A stretch of DNA of 64,000 nt from Blastocatellia bacterium (GCA_039648975.1 JBBWZK010000425.1:272-64271); one strand, 5' to 3'. Counted from the first letter of the stretch, positions 1 through 9,449 are shown. A program made the numbers and translations. The notes: generated by a model from the letters alone, not told the origin.

Positions 1-350
1 GTGTAGCTCGCTTTGTCCCACGCCGCCTGCGCCGTCTTGTCGGCTTTTAAGGCGCGGGCGAAGTCCGTCGGCGTCTCGACCGTGCGCGGCTCGTCGTCGC
101 GTTCCATGACGACACTGACCATGTCACCCGCTTTGGCTTTTGCGCCTTCGCGTATCTGCTTGTTGACGACCATCCAGTGCTTGCCGCCCATCGGCATGAT
201 CGAGCTGCGATAGGGAAAGCCGTTGATCGTGCCGCGCACAGGCACACGCGCCCGTGTGCCATAGACTTTCTGCACGTCAAAGGGAATCTCGATAGCCGTC
301 GCCGCGCTGCCTTCATCCTTGATCAACTCAACGCGAAATCGTTTTGCCAT
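1..350 (-). CDS. DUF1905/YdeI-like protein; 3' end runs off the window start
   Basis: Manual minus-strand translation from ATG at 348-350: MAKRFRVELIKDEGSAATAIEIPFDVQKVYGTRARVPVRGTINGFPYRSSIMPMGGKHW..., open to position 1. It is absent from the ORF track because no stop lies in the window. Confidence 0.6.
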   Translation of the reverse strand, partial: MAKRFRVELIKDEGSAATAIEIPFDVQKVYGTRARVPVRGTINGFPYRSSIMPMGGKHWMVVNKQIREGAKAKAGDMVSVVMERDDEPRTVETPTDFARALKADKTAQAAWDKASY

Positions 351-585
351 GCTAATCAATCCTCCGTCGTTATGGCTAAGAACAAGTTTGGCAATGAGTG
401 CCGTAGGCACGCAATGTTTATAGAACATCCATCACATAACTGACTCAAGCTCCGTAGGCGCGCAATGTCGACATTTCGCCCCTACAGGGCTTGTCGTCAA
501 TCATTCACCATTATCTATAAACATTGTGCGCCTACGGAGATGGGAATTTCAAAAGACACTCCAAGAGACGCCAGGGCCGACCGGG

Positions 586-1836
586 TTAGCGAAGCCTGCC
601 CAACAGCCATGACTTCAGAATGCCCGGATTGGCATCGTCGGTTGCGAAGTATTCCTGAATCAGTTTCTCATACAGTTCGGCGCGCTCGGAGACTTTGAGT
701 TGGTTGCCAAAGGGCATCTGGCCGCCTTTGATGTAAGAACTGATCACCACCTGATCCATAGGCCAGTTGAGCGCCCCAAGGCTCTCATGTTGATGGCAAC
801 TGGTACAGGTCATGGCGCGTCCCACAACGGTTCCGCCAAAGCCTTCCCCGAAGCGTCGCGTGCGCGCCTCCAGGCTTGCTGAACTGAGCCCTGGGCCAAA
901 CTTACGCTCATCCAGATACTTGTCAAAGCGTGGTGATCCATAAGTCATGAATCGCTGGTTGACTGCCAAAACCGTGGGCTGCTCGCTCAGGCTGACGCTG
1001 TCTGCTTCAGGAAAAATGGGCAGGATGCCGCTCTTGTGGCAGCGCGCGCAGTTGTCATCGCCATATCCCAGTTCCCAACGCCCCTTGATGCTGATCGAGC
1101 CATCGCGGTGATACGTCCTGTAAAAATCTTTGAAGTAAGTATTGAAAGTCCCGTCAGAACCGACCATCGCCGAGATGACTGAGAGGTTGCGAATACGAGT
1201 GCGCGCCTGCGGATCAGAGACGCCGAATTGCACCCATTTTTCTGGAATCCCGTTCGCCGCGTTGCCTGGAACGACGATCAACAGCCGCCGATAACTGTCG
1301 TCGTTATCCGGCGTCCCCAGGTGCCGCGACTGGTAGCTGAAGAAGAGGAGTTGATCATCAGGCGCTCGGGTTGAGTTGAGCCGCCGCAGAAATGCCTTTG
1401 CCTGATCGAGCGTCTCATAGCGGCTTACCGCGCGCAGGAAGCTTTGCTCCATCAGGAACTCAGGGATTTGCACATACCGGCGCGTCTCTGCGAAGTACTG
1501 CTGATCGGGCACGATAAAGCCAAGCTCATGATCGGGCTGTAGATCAAGCGAGGCGGCTTGAAGGTACTCAACAAATTCCTTATAGCGGCTGGCATAGTCT
1601 TCGTTCTCGGAAAGCTTGCGCTGTCGCATGGCCGCCGCTATCGAATTAAGCACTCTCTTATAAGCCGGAATCGCTTCGTCGTTTTCGTAGGCCGCGTGCG
1701 CCGCGCGGACGAGCGCATCGACCTTTGCTTTGACCCATGCGTCTGCGGAGGGCTTCAATCGCGCGCCGGGCGCAGCGCAAGGGGTATTGCCAACCAGCAG
1801 GAGACCAATTGCGATCATGCCCAAACGCAACCTCAT
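586..1836 (-). CDS. secreted protein with two CXXCH haem-c motifs (putative c-type cytochrome)
   Basis: ORF 586..1881. The internal ATG at 1836 is preceded by aagagggg and gives signal peptide MRLRLGMIAIGLLLVG. Motifs CARCH and CTSCH. Confidence 0.6.
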   Translation of the reverse strand: MRLRLGMIAIGLLLVGNTPCAAPGARLKPSADAWVKAKVDALVRAAHAAYENDEAIPAYKRVLNSIAAAMRQRKLSENEDYASRYKEFVEYLQAASLDLQPDHELGFIVPDQQYFAETRRYVQIPEFLMEQSFLRAVSRYETLDQAKAFLRRLNSTRAPDDQLLFFSYQSRHLGTPDNDDSYRRLLIVVPGNAANGIPEKWVQFGVSDPQARTRIRNLSVISAMVGSDGTFNTYFKDFYRTYHRDGSISIKGRWELGYGDDNCARCHKSGILPIFPEADSVSLSEQPTVLAVNQRFMTYGSPRFDKYLDERKFGPGLSSASLEARTRRFGEGFGGTVVGRAMTCTSCHQHESLGALNWPMDQVVISSYIKGGQMPFGNQLKVSERAELYEKLIQEYFATDDANPGILKSWLLGRLR

Positions 1837-1983
1837 GAATACCCCTCTTCTCGCCAAACCGGATGTGGACGGCGCGGCCATGCGGCAAGTTTGCCATGGC
1901 GGATTTTATCGGTGAATTCAACTTCTCACAATGAATTTAAGCCACCTGTTTGCGCCGAGAGATTTTCTTTGTACAGTAAGGCT

Positions 1984-2643
1984 ATGAGCCATCGCGCGCC
2001 GCAAGATTCAATCGAAGTCGCCGCCGGAGAATTTATCACGGCGCTGCCATCCGCGTTATCAGAATATGGCATTGATGAATTGAGTGACGCGCAGCGGGCG
2101 CAACTCGCCAAACATTACGCGATGCTGCGGGCCTGGAACCGGCGCATCAATCTGACGCGCATCATCGATCCGGAGGAAGCGGCGCGGCTGCATTACGCCG
2201 ACTCGCTTGCCGGCGGGCGCTTCCTTGGCGCGGCACAGACGATGGTTGATATCGGCAGCGGCGCGGGCTTTCCGGCGATTCCGCTGGCCGTGCTGCGCGC
2301 CGATCTGCAAGTCACCGCGCTTGAGGCGAATCAAAAAAAATCGCTCTTCCTCGCAGAAGCCGGAGACGCGCTCAGACTTGCGAATTTCAAGGTGGCGACA
2401 GCGCGCCTGGAGAGCTTCGACCTGTCGGCCTTCGATTTGCTGACCAGCCGCGCGCTCGACCGCGCTGAAGCGGTCTTGCCTGCGGTCATGGCGCGGATGA
2501 CCGAGCGGCAACGCTTTCTGCTCTATGGCGCGACGGAACTGCTCGGCAAGCTCAGCGCGCGACTGGCCGCGGATTTCACGATTCAAACGCACGCCATTCC
2601 AGCAAGCGCGGCGCGGCTGGTGGCGATCTTCAGCAGGCGATGA
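1984..2643 (+). CDS. rsmG: 16S rRNA (guanine527-N7)-methyltransferase RsmG/GidB
   Basis: Internal ATG of ORF 1558..2643 (MSHRAPQ...). SAM motif VDIGSGAGFPAIPLA and a GidB-like length of about 219 aa. The upstream part of the ORF overlaps the opposite-strand cytochrome gene. Confidence 0.85.
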   Translation: MSHRAPQDSIEVAAGEFITALPSALSEYGIDELSDAQRAQLAKHYAMLRAWNRRINLTRIIDPEEAARLHYADSLAGGRFLGAAQTMVDIGSGAGFPAIPLAVLRADLQVTALEANQKKSLFLAEAGDALRLANFKVATARLESFDLSAFDLLTSRALDRAEAVLPAVMARMTERQRFLLYGATELLGKLSARLAADFTIQTHAIPASAARLVAIFSRR

Positions 2644-3047
2644 TGACCTGTGGTGCAGTCGCCCTTATCAATCGGTCAAAAGCACAGAAAAGCGCGGAGA
2701 GGCGTGATGCAAGAAGGTCAAACTGAATGCGCCGGATGAGTTGCACAACTTGAATCTGGGCATAAATGGCTTGAATGATTGGCGGCCCTGCAAGCGAGCC
2801 GCTCTGGCACGGCCATTGCTATTAGATCAACCGGAAGCTTGAGACGCCTGATGGTGCTCTCTTTTTGGGCCATCACACGCGATGCCGAATTGGTCTTGCG
2901 CAAGCGTCGGGCGGGCGATGATCTGGGATTTGCGCCGAGAACCTCACCTCTCTGGCGCGCGATGATCGCGCTGCCGCGTTTGCGCCCGAAAACCGAGTCA
3001 GAACCCTCTCTACGGCTTCGGCGTTGTGTGTGATGGCCCGCTTTCTT

Positions 3048-4340
3048 TCATCGCGGCGCTTCGATCCGCTCAAGCCCATCAACATAAGGACGCAAGGCTT
3101 CGGGAATCACGACGCTGCCGTCTGCCTGCTGATAATTGTCAAGTAATGCAAGCCACAAACGACCGATAGCCAGGCCCGAACCGTTGAGCGTGTGCAAGAA
3201 TTCAACTTTCGCCCTGGCTTCGCGGCGAAACCGTATCTGCGCGCGCCGCGCCTGAAAATCCGTGCAGTTCGAACACGAAGAAATCTCGCGATAGGTGTTT
3301 GGTGATGGCAGCCACACTTCGAGGTCATAGGTCTTGGCCGCCGCAAATCCCATGTCGCCCGTCGACAGCGCGATGCGCCGATAGGCGAGGCCCAACATCT
3401 CAAGCACCGTCTCGGCATCGTGCGTCAATTTCTCCAGCTCGTCAAACGAATCTTCGGGGCGCGTCAGCTTCACGAGTTCGACTTTGTCGAACTGGTGCTG
3501 GCGTATCAGGCCGCGCGTGTCTTTGCCATAGCTACCGGCTTCCGAGCGAAAACACGGCGTGTAAGCCGTCATATAGATCGGCAGCCGCGCGCCGTCCAGT
3601 ATCTCTTCGGCATAAATGCTGGTCAGCGGCACTTCGGCGGTCGGGATGAGATAAAGGCCGCGTTCGTCCGTCAGCTTGAACAGGTCGCCCTCGAACTTCG
3701 GCAACTGGCCTGTGCCGAACAACGTCTGCGCGTTGACGATGATCGGCGGCAGCACTTCGCTGTAGCCGTGCCGCTTGGTGTGCAGGTCTAAGCAAAAGTT
3801 GATCAGCGCGCGTTCGAGCCGCGCCCCCATGCCGGTCAGTATGGCAAAGCGCGCTCCCGATATTTTCGCGGCGCGTTCAAGGTCGAGCAGCCCCAGGTGT
3901 GTGGCCAAATCAACGTGATCACGCGGCGTAAAATCAAACGCCGGCGGCGTCCCCCATCGCTTGATCTCCTGATTGGCCGACTCATCGCGGCCCACAGGGA
4001 CCGACTCATCGGGCAGATTCGGAATCGTCACCAGCAGGTTATTCAATTCGCTTTCGACCGCGCCGAGTTCGGTTTCAGCGGCGGCAATCTGATCGCCTAT
4101 GTCACGCACAGCGGCGCGGCGCGATTCGGCTTCATCTTTCTGACCCGCCTTCATGAGCTTGCCGATCTCCTGGCTCTCGCGGTTGCGCAGCGCGTTGAGC
4201 TCGTCGCGCTGGCGCACCAACTGGCGGCGGCGCTCGTCGAGTTTTGTGAAGCGATCCAGCGCCTCAAGCGAAAAGCCGCGCTGTTCGAGCTTCTGTCTCA
4301 CCAGATCGAGATTGGCGCGGATAAAATTCACATCAAGCAT
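3048..4340 (-). CDS. serS: serine--tRNA ligase
   Basis: 430 aa with an N-terminal coiled-coil arm (MLDVNFIRANLDLVRQKLEQRGF) and a class II core (FRSEAGSYGKDTRGLIRQHQF, TLNGSGLA). Confidence 0.97.
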   Translation of the reverse strand: MLDVNFIRANLDLVRQKLEQRGFSLEALDRFTKLDERRRQLVRQRDELNALRNRESQEIGKLMKAGQKDEAESRRAAVRDIGDQIAAAETELGAVESELNNLLVTIPNLPDESVPVGRDESANQEIKRWGTPPAFDFTPRDHVDLATHLGLLDLERAAKISGARFAILTGMGARLERALINFCLDLHTKRHGYSEVLPPIIVNAQTLFGTGQLPKFEGDLFKLTDERGLYLIPTAEVPLTSIYAEEILDGARLPIYMTAYTPCFRSEAGSYGKDTRGLIRQHQFDKVELVKLTRPEDSFDELEKLTHDAETVLEMLGLAYRRIALSTGDMGFAAAKTYDLEVWLPSPNTYREISSCSNCTDFQARRAQIRFRREARAKVEFLHTLNGSGLAIGRLWLALLDNYQQADGSVVIPEALRPYVDGLERIEAPR

Positions 4341-4406
4341 GGTCTGTCACCTTTCCATCCCAAACGATAAAACCATAGCCTAGAGCAATTTTCAAATGCG
4401 TTTGCC

Positions 4407-4437
4407 ATGTAGCGCAAGCTGTTAGCTTGCGCTACAT
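4407..4437. repeat. perfect 14-bp stem hairpin (atgtagcgcaagct gtt agcttgcgctacat)
   Basis: Read directly. Lies in the divergent serS/pgeF intergenic region. Confidence 0.8.
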
Positions 4438-4527
4438 TCAATTGAAAACCGCTCTAAGCTGCGGGCCGCGAGAGTGTCAACTTGTCGAACTTGCGCGAGC
4501 AAGGCGATTGCCAAGTCGAAGGGAAGC

Positions 4528-4632
4528 ATGTAGGGGAGGCCCTCTGTGGCCTCCCCTGTGTGGGCTGTAATCGTTTTTGAAGCGAGCGATGGCTCCCAGT
4601 CTGGGGCGACCACAGAGGGTCGCCCCTACATG
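4528..4632. repeat. two inverted copies of a short palindromic repeat unit (catgtagggg-N-ccctctgtgg-N-cccc)
   Basis: 4532-4557 is aggggaggcc ctctgt ggcctcccct. 4603-4626 is ggggcgacc acagag ggtcgcccc. The loops are reverse complements of each other, and both copies are flanked by catgta/tacatg. Confidence 0.75.
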
Positions 4633-4722
4633 ATTTTCTTGTCAACCGACTTTGCAACCGCCCTGCTCGCGCCTATCGCCCGGCTTGCTCTGCTCGGTCG
4701 TCTCTCGTTAGCATGGCTGACT

Positions 4723-5637
4723 ATGAACCAGGAATTTGCCGACGAGACGAAGCCGGGGGCGCTGGAAGAAGAGGCGTTTGATGAAACAGCGGAGAACGCT
4801 TTTACTTTGCGCGAGCGCGACGTTGAGACGCCCGATGGCGTGGCGCGCATCGCTTATGTCGTTTGCGAGCCGCTTGCAGAAGCGGGTTTCACCAATGCCT
4901 TCAGCACGCGACTGGGCGGCACCAGTCCCTTGCCCGAAGCGGCGCTGAACCTGACGAACTTCAAAGGCGACACGCCGGACAATGTCGCCGAAAATCGCCG
5001 CCGCTTTCTCAACGCCATCGGCGCGGCAGACGCGACCATCGTCACCGCGCGGCAGACGCATTCAACCGACCGCTGCTTGATTCAGTCCATCGAACAGGCG
5101 CGCGGCTTCCGTAACGAATGCGACGCGCTGATCACACGCTTGACGGGTGTGCTGCTCGGCATTCAAACCGCCGACTGCCTGCCTATTCTGATTGCCGATA
5201 CCGAATCGAAGGTGATGGCAGCGATTCACGCCGGCTGGCGCGGCACGGCCAGTCGCATCACCGAGCGCGCGGTTGCCGATCTGATGCTGCAACATGGCCT
5301 CAGCCCGCGCCATTGCATCGCGGCGCTCGGCCCGACAGCATGTGAGCAATGTTACGAAATCGGCGGAGACGTGATCGAGCGATTTAAGACGGAGTTCCGC
5401 TACTGGCCGAGCCTGCTGGTCAATTTCAAGGAAGGCGGCAAGGCGCATCTCGACATACGTGCTGCCAACCGCCAGCAATTATTGTTTTGCGGCTTCACGG
5501 AAGACAGCATTTATGTCGCAGACTATTGCACGATGCATCAGAACGATCTGTTCTTTTCGCATCGCTCGGAAGGCCGTAAGTCGGCTAGCGGCGCGGGCCG
5601 CTTGCTTTCCGTCATCGGTAGAATCGCGCAGGATTAG
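4723..5637 (+). CDS. pgeF: peptidoglycan editing factor PgeF / YfiH (DUF152, laccase-domain) family
   Basis: Motifs AFSTRLGG, IQTADCLPILI, AAIHAGWRG and a C-terminal FSHR. The start is placed at the internal ATG (MNQEFADE), because the upstream part of the ORF covers the repeat units. Confidence 0.85.
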   Translation: MNQEFADETKPGALEEEAFDETAENAFTLRERDVETPDGVARIAYVVCEPLAEAGFTNAFSTRLGGTSPLPEAALNLTNFKGDTPDNVAENRRRFLNAIGAADATIVTARQTHSTDRCLIQSIEQARGFRNECDALITRLTGVLLGIQTADCLPILIADTESKVMAAIHAGWRGTASRITERAVADLMLQHGLSPRHCIAALGPTACEQCYEIGGDVIERFKTEFRYWPSLLVNFKEGGKAHLDIRAANRQQLLFCGFTEDSIYVADYCTMHQNDLFFSHRSEGRKSASGAGRLLSVIGRIAQD

Positions 5638-5651
5638 CGGCCTTGCGGGAA

Positions 5652-6008
5652 TCATTCGACCTCGCCGGCTTCTCTGAGCGCTCGAACGGTATCCTCATGA
5701 CTGTTTTGCAGAGCCAGCATCAAAGCGGTCTTGCTATCCAGGTTTCTGACTTTCATATCTGCGCCGGCAGCCAGCAAAGCGCGCACCACGTCATCGTGGC
5801 CATTGCGCGCCGCTTCCAGCAAGGGCGTGTTGCCATGCTCATCTTTGACGTTGACATTGGCGCCCGCCGCGAGCATATCTTTTACGGTGCCGGCGTGCCC
5901 TGTGCGCGCCGCCGCCAGTAATCCCGCATCTTCCGATTTCATCGGTTTTTCACAGCCGGACAGGACAACCCACAGTAGCAGAACGAGGGCGATTCTTGCA
6001 GATGACAT
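5652..6008 (-). CDS. ankyrin-repeat lipoprotein
   Basis: ATG at 6008 preceded by aagaggag. Lipobox LLWVVLSGC. Ankyrin repeats GNTPLLEAARNGHDDVVRALLAAGAD. Confidence 0.8.
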   Translation of the reverse strand: MSSARIALVLLLWVVLSGCEKPMKSEDAGLLAAARTGHAGTVKDMLAAGANVNVKDEHGNTPLLEAARNGHDDVVRALLAAGADMKVRNLDSKTALMLALQNSHEDTVRALREAGEVE

Positions 6009-6150
6009 AATTCTCCTCTTTGGCAAGCGACCACCTGATAACCAGCGAGCAAAGTGTACCATGATGCATGTGCCGGCGGTCACTGTCTCGCGTGACCGCC
6101 GTCATCGCTCGACAGAAAGAGAGTGACTATAGTTAGACCGTCAAGCTAGA

Positions 6151-6675
6151 ATGGACGGCGAGATGATGCGACCGAAGGCAATGAAATCGATGAGCACGTT
6201 GAGGCTCAAAACGAGTCGGGTTATCGATTCATCTCGCTTGTCTGAGCATGCGCGGCGGGTGAGCGCAACGGCGATCATCCTGTTCGCGCTGTGGAGCGGC
6301 GGGTTCGGTTGTTTGTGGTGTTGCGTAAGCAACCTGCCGGAAGGGTGCTGCGACAAGCGCAGCGCCGCCAGGATTCACAACCAGGAGCAAGCGTGTTCAG
6401 CGCATCGCCCATGCTGTGAATCAACGGAGAGCAATCAGCGCGCAGCTATCAAAGACGCTTCGCAAACGGCTGCGGCGCATTGCTGCCCAACCGGCGCGCA
6501 TTCAAGCGGGCCTGCCGTTTTTCCTGCATCTCAGCAGCGACAGGCGCTGGCCTTAACGATCAGCCATGCGCCCACGCCTGTGGCCTTCACTCTCGCCGCG
6601 CCGCCGCTCGTCTCGCATGCGCCGCCGGCCAACAAAGGCAGCACCTATCTGCGCTGCTGCGTCCTCCTGATTTAG
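6151..6675 (+). CDS. membrane-anchored Cys-Cys-rich hypothetical protein (start uncertain)
   Basis: One TM segment (TAIILFALWSGGFGCLWCC). Five CC dipeptides: WCC, GCC, PCC, HCC, RCC. Same strand as the next CC-rich gene and directly upstream of it. Confidence 0.5.
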   Translation: MDGEMMRPKAMKSMSTLRLKTSRVIDSSRLSEHARRVSATAIILFALWSGGFGCLWCCVSNLPEGCCDKRSAARIHNQEQACSAHRPCCESTESNQRAAIKDASQTAAAHCCPTGAHSSGPAVFPASQQRQALALTISHAPTPVAFTLAAPPLVSHAPPANKGSTYLRCCVLLI

Positions 6676-6762
6676 AAGCTCGCCCGTCGTGTTCGCCAAT
6701 CGACAACGCCGGCCATCATCGCCGGCAGGCTAGAGGTTTCTCACTTCATAGGAGACGCAAAA

Positions 6763-7164
6763 ATGAAAACGATCAAGACACTGGTACTGACTTTCGCCTT
6801 GCTGCTGACCGGCTACGCTTATGCGACTGCCGAGGCGCAGGCGACGAACGATCAAGCGAAGGCGACGGCTGCCTGCTGCGCCGATCAATCGATGTGCAGC
6901 AAAGCCGACAAGAGTTGCTGTGCAGAAGGCGCAGCCTGTTGCAAAGACGGAGCCGCCTGCTGCAAAGCGGAGGCTGGCAAAACAGCCAAAATTGCTGACT
7001 GCTGCAAATTCGGCTCGGCCTGCTGCAAGAACGGCGCGACTTGCTGCGCCGCGAAGCGCGCGGCGCAGCAAGCCGTGGCGAAGGCGCATAAGTCGGACGG
7101 CAAATCGGCAAAGGGCGGTTGCTGCGGCGCAGACGGCTGCAAGACGAAAACGGCGAGCAAGTAA
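6763..7164 (+). CDS. secreted Cys-Cys-repeat protein (8 CC dipeptides)
   Basis: RBS aggag precedes the ATG. Signal peptide MKTIKTLVLTFALLLTGYAYA. Repeated A-C-C-K/A motifs. A hairpin terminator follows. Confidence 0.75.
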   Translation: MKTIKTLVLTFALLLTGYAYATAEAQATNDQAKATAACCADQSMCSKADKSCCAEGAACCKDGAACCKAEAGKTAKIADCCKFGSACCKNGATCCAAKRAAQQAVAKAHKSDGKSAKGGCCGADGCKTKTASK

Positions 7165-7189
7165 TCTCGCCTCATGCTGCACAAACGAA

Positions 7190-7229
7190 AGCGCGGTTGA
7201 GTCAAGACTCAACCGCGCTTGGCTTTTTC
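7190..7229 (+). terminator. rho-independent terminator between convergent genes
   Basis: Stem agcgcggttgagtc / gactcaaccgcgct (14 bp, 2-nt loop), followed by tggcttttt. Confidence 0.7.
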
Positions 7230-7248
7230 AAAAGAGGAATGCGCCCGT

Positions 7249-8289
7249 TTAGCTGGCTTTAGCGCCGGGCGCGAAGTAGCCGCGCCGATGGCGCACGTTC
7301 AAGTCTTTCTGATTCTTGACGCGCAATTGAATCGTGCGGAACGAGCCGTCTTTCGCGCCGTTGGCCGGCGTATAGGCCAGCACATACTGTGAGCGCAAAT
7401 CCTCGTCAATCTGCGCGAAGGCTTTATCCAAATCGGCCTCGCTGCGCGGGAAGAAAGCGCGCCCGCCGGTCTCCTGTGTAATCTTCTTGAGCACGCCACT
7501 GTTGACGCCATAAGCCGGATCGCCGATGCCTATGGCATAGACAATGACTTCATTGCGCCACGTCCGTTCGATGGCATCGCGCAACTTGACCGCGCTTGAT
7601 GTATCTTCGCCGTCGGTGATCAGAATGATGACGCGGCGGCCCGCTTCGCGTTTGAGCAGATCATTGGATACTGAATAGACCGCGTCCCAGATGGCCGTCG
7701 AGCCGGCCCGCGAGCCGCCATTGATGGGCGGCGTGCCGCCAGCCCCCACGGACGCGCTCGTCACGGGAATGCGAACCTCGTCAAGCGCCCGTTGCAGCTT
7801 GGCCGAGTCGGACGTGAGGTTCTGCACCAGCTCGGCTTCGCCCTCGAAAGTAACGACCGCGCCGAGGTCTTTGCGCGGACGCAGGACACGCTGGAAGAAG
7901 CGCGCGCCGGCGGCTTTCTCCATCGGCAGCGTGTATTCTTCGCTGCCCGAAATGTCGATCAGCATGGCAATCGTGATGGCCAGATCGGTCTGCCGCTCGA
8001 ATGAAAAGATACTCTGCGGCTTGTTGTCTTCAAGCACTTCGAGGTCTTCTTTCTTGAGATCGTTGACGTAACGGTTCGTCTTATCGGTGATGTTAAAGGG
8101 CACGGTGACGAGTTGCGTGCCGATCTTGATGGTTTCGTCATCCTGTGCGCCTTCGTCTGCCGACTGCGGATCTTTCTTCTGCGGCTCGCTGGCCTTCGGC
8201 TTCTGCTGTTGAGCCAGGCCGAACGAAGGGACAAACAGTGCGGCGACAAGCGCCAGGACAAGGGTAATGGGAACAGCTTTGTATTTCAT
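7249..8289 (-). CDS. VWA domain protein (acidobacterial VWFA-related type), paralog 1
   Basis: Signal peptide followed by a low-complexity linker. MIDAS-like DISGS and ILITDGEDT. Conserved C-terminus YVLAYTP...HRRGYFA. Confidence 0.85.
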   Translation of the reverse strand: MKYKAVPITLVLALVAALFVPSFGLAQQQKPKASEPQKKDPQSADEGAQDDETIKIGTQLVTVPFNITDKTNRYVNDLKKEDLEVLEDNKPQSIFSFERQTDLAITIAMLIDISGSEEYTLPMEKAAGARFFQRVLRPRKDLGAVVTFEGEAELVQNLTSDSAKLQRALDEVRIPVTSASVGAGGTPPINGGSRAGSTAIWDAVYSVSNDLLKREAGRRVIILITDGEDTSSAVKLRDAIERTWRNEVIVYAIGIGDPAYGVNSGVLKKITQETGGRAFFPRSEADLDKAFAQIDEDLRSQYVLAYTPANGAKDGSFRTIQLRVKNQKDLNVRHRRGYFAPGAKAS

Positions 8290-9350
8290 TTTTTTACTTC
8301 TTCCGTAGCCGCGTAATAACCGCGACGATGAATGACGCGCACGTCTGGCCGTCCGGCCAGCCGCACTTCGATACGACGAAAGCGCCCGTCTTTAGCGCCA
8401 TTCGACGGCGAATAGGCGACCAGATACTGGCTGCGCAATTCGCTTTCGACCTGGCGAAAATTATCGAGCAATTCGTCCGGCCCATGTGGAAAGTAAGCCC
8501 GCCCGCCGGTCTCTTCACTCATGCGGCGCAGGATGTCTTCGCGCACGCCCTCAAAGCGAAAGCGGTCGCCGATGCCAATCGCGTAGATCACCACGCCGGC
8601 ACGCCACGCCCGATCAATGGCTTCATCAAGCTTGCGGCTGCTGGCGTTGTCGACGCCGTCTGTAAGCAAAATCACCGCGCGCCGTGTGATGTTATCGTCG
8701 GCGGCGCTGCGCCCGGCGTCGCGCGACAGCACTTCGTCTGCCGTGATGTAGATGGCGTCATAGAGCGCCGTCGCCTGCCGCCGCGTCGAGGCGGCGCTGA
8801 AGCGGCGGGCATATTGAATTTCGTCGAAGGCGCGGTTGAGCGTATCGACGCGCGAGGTCAGCCCCTGAACCAGATCGACATCGTCTTGAAAGGTCAGAAT
8901 CGCCGCCGAGTCTTTGCCCGGTCTGAGGATCGAGCGCAGGAACTCGCCCGCCGCAGACTTTTCCTGCGGAAAGGTATATTCCTGGCTGCCCGACAGATCC
9001 ATCAGGATGGCGATGTTGATGGGCAGCGTGGTTTCGCGCTTGAAGGTGAATAGCTGTTGCGGTCGCCCGTCTTCGAGAACCGTCACTTCTTCCTGGTTGA
9101 TGTTGCCGATGACGCGGTTGTTGCGATCAATGGCGCTGAAGGTCAGGTTGACGAGATCTGTGCCGAGCTTCACCGTGTCATCGCTGGTCGGAATATCGTC
9201 ATCTTTCGGCTGCTGCGGTCTGGCTTCCGGCTTTGGCTTTGGCTCGCTTGTGGCGCGCGGTGGCGCAGGCTTTGGCTTCTGCGCCGCAACCGTTACGGCA
9301 AGCAAGGCGACGATAGCGATCAACGCGACAACGATTCGTGTGGATGACAT
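8286..9350 (-). CDS. VWA domain protein, paralog 2
   Basis: Same architecture (DLSGS, ILLTDGVDN, YLVAYSP...HRRGYYA). Its end overlaps the start of paralog 1 by 4 nt. Confidence 0.85.
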   Translation of the reverse strand: MSSTRIVVALIAIVALLAVTVAAQKPKPAPPRATSEPKPKPEARPQQPKDDDIPTSDDTVKLGTDLVNLTFSAIDRNNRVIGNINQEEVTVLEDGRPQQLFTFKRETTLPINIAILMDLSGSQEYTFPQEKSAAGEFLRSILRPGKDSAAILTFQDDVDLVQGLTSRVDTLNRAFDEIQYARRFSAASTRRQATALYDAIYITADEVLSRDAGRSAADDNITRRAVILLTDGVDNASSRKLDEAIDRAWRAGVVIYAIGIGDRFRFEGVREDILRRMSEETGGRAYFPHGPDELLDNFRQVESELRSQYLVAYSPSNGAKDGRFRRIEVRLAGRPDVRVIHRRGYYAATEEVKK

Positions 9351-9360
9351 GGCTCTCCAA

Positions 9361-9449
9361 GTGATGCGTGAAACGTGATGCGTGATGCGTGACCGAAGAT
9401 TTGCGCTTTACGCGGACTCTTACGATACATGATAAATCACGCATCACGC
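9361..9449. repeat. intergenic hairpin with arms made of GTGATGC heptamer repeats
   Basis: Left arm gtgatgc gtgaaac gtgatgc gtgatgc gtgac (9361-9393). Right arm aatcacgcatcacgc (9435-9449), which abuts the stop codon of the VWA gene at 9449. Confidence 0.8.

Noticed and set aside
1558-1983. N-terminal 142-codon extension of the rsmG ORF
   Set aside because: It overlaps the opposite-strand cytochrome-like gene. RsmG homology begins at the internal ATG at 1984.
2644-3047. Possible ncRNA or small gene in the 400-bp convergent gap between rsmG and serS
   Set aside because: I found no recognisable SRP, 6S or riboswitch motif and no ORF with an RBS. I cannot support a call from sequence alone.
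6730-7252. Alternative-frame ORFs (160, 112, 143 and 106 aa) over the CC-rich gene
   Set aside because: The frame at 6763-7164 has a strong RBS, a signal peptide and a terminator. The others are repeat-driven shadow frames.
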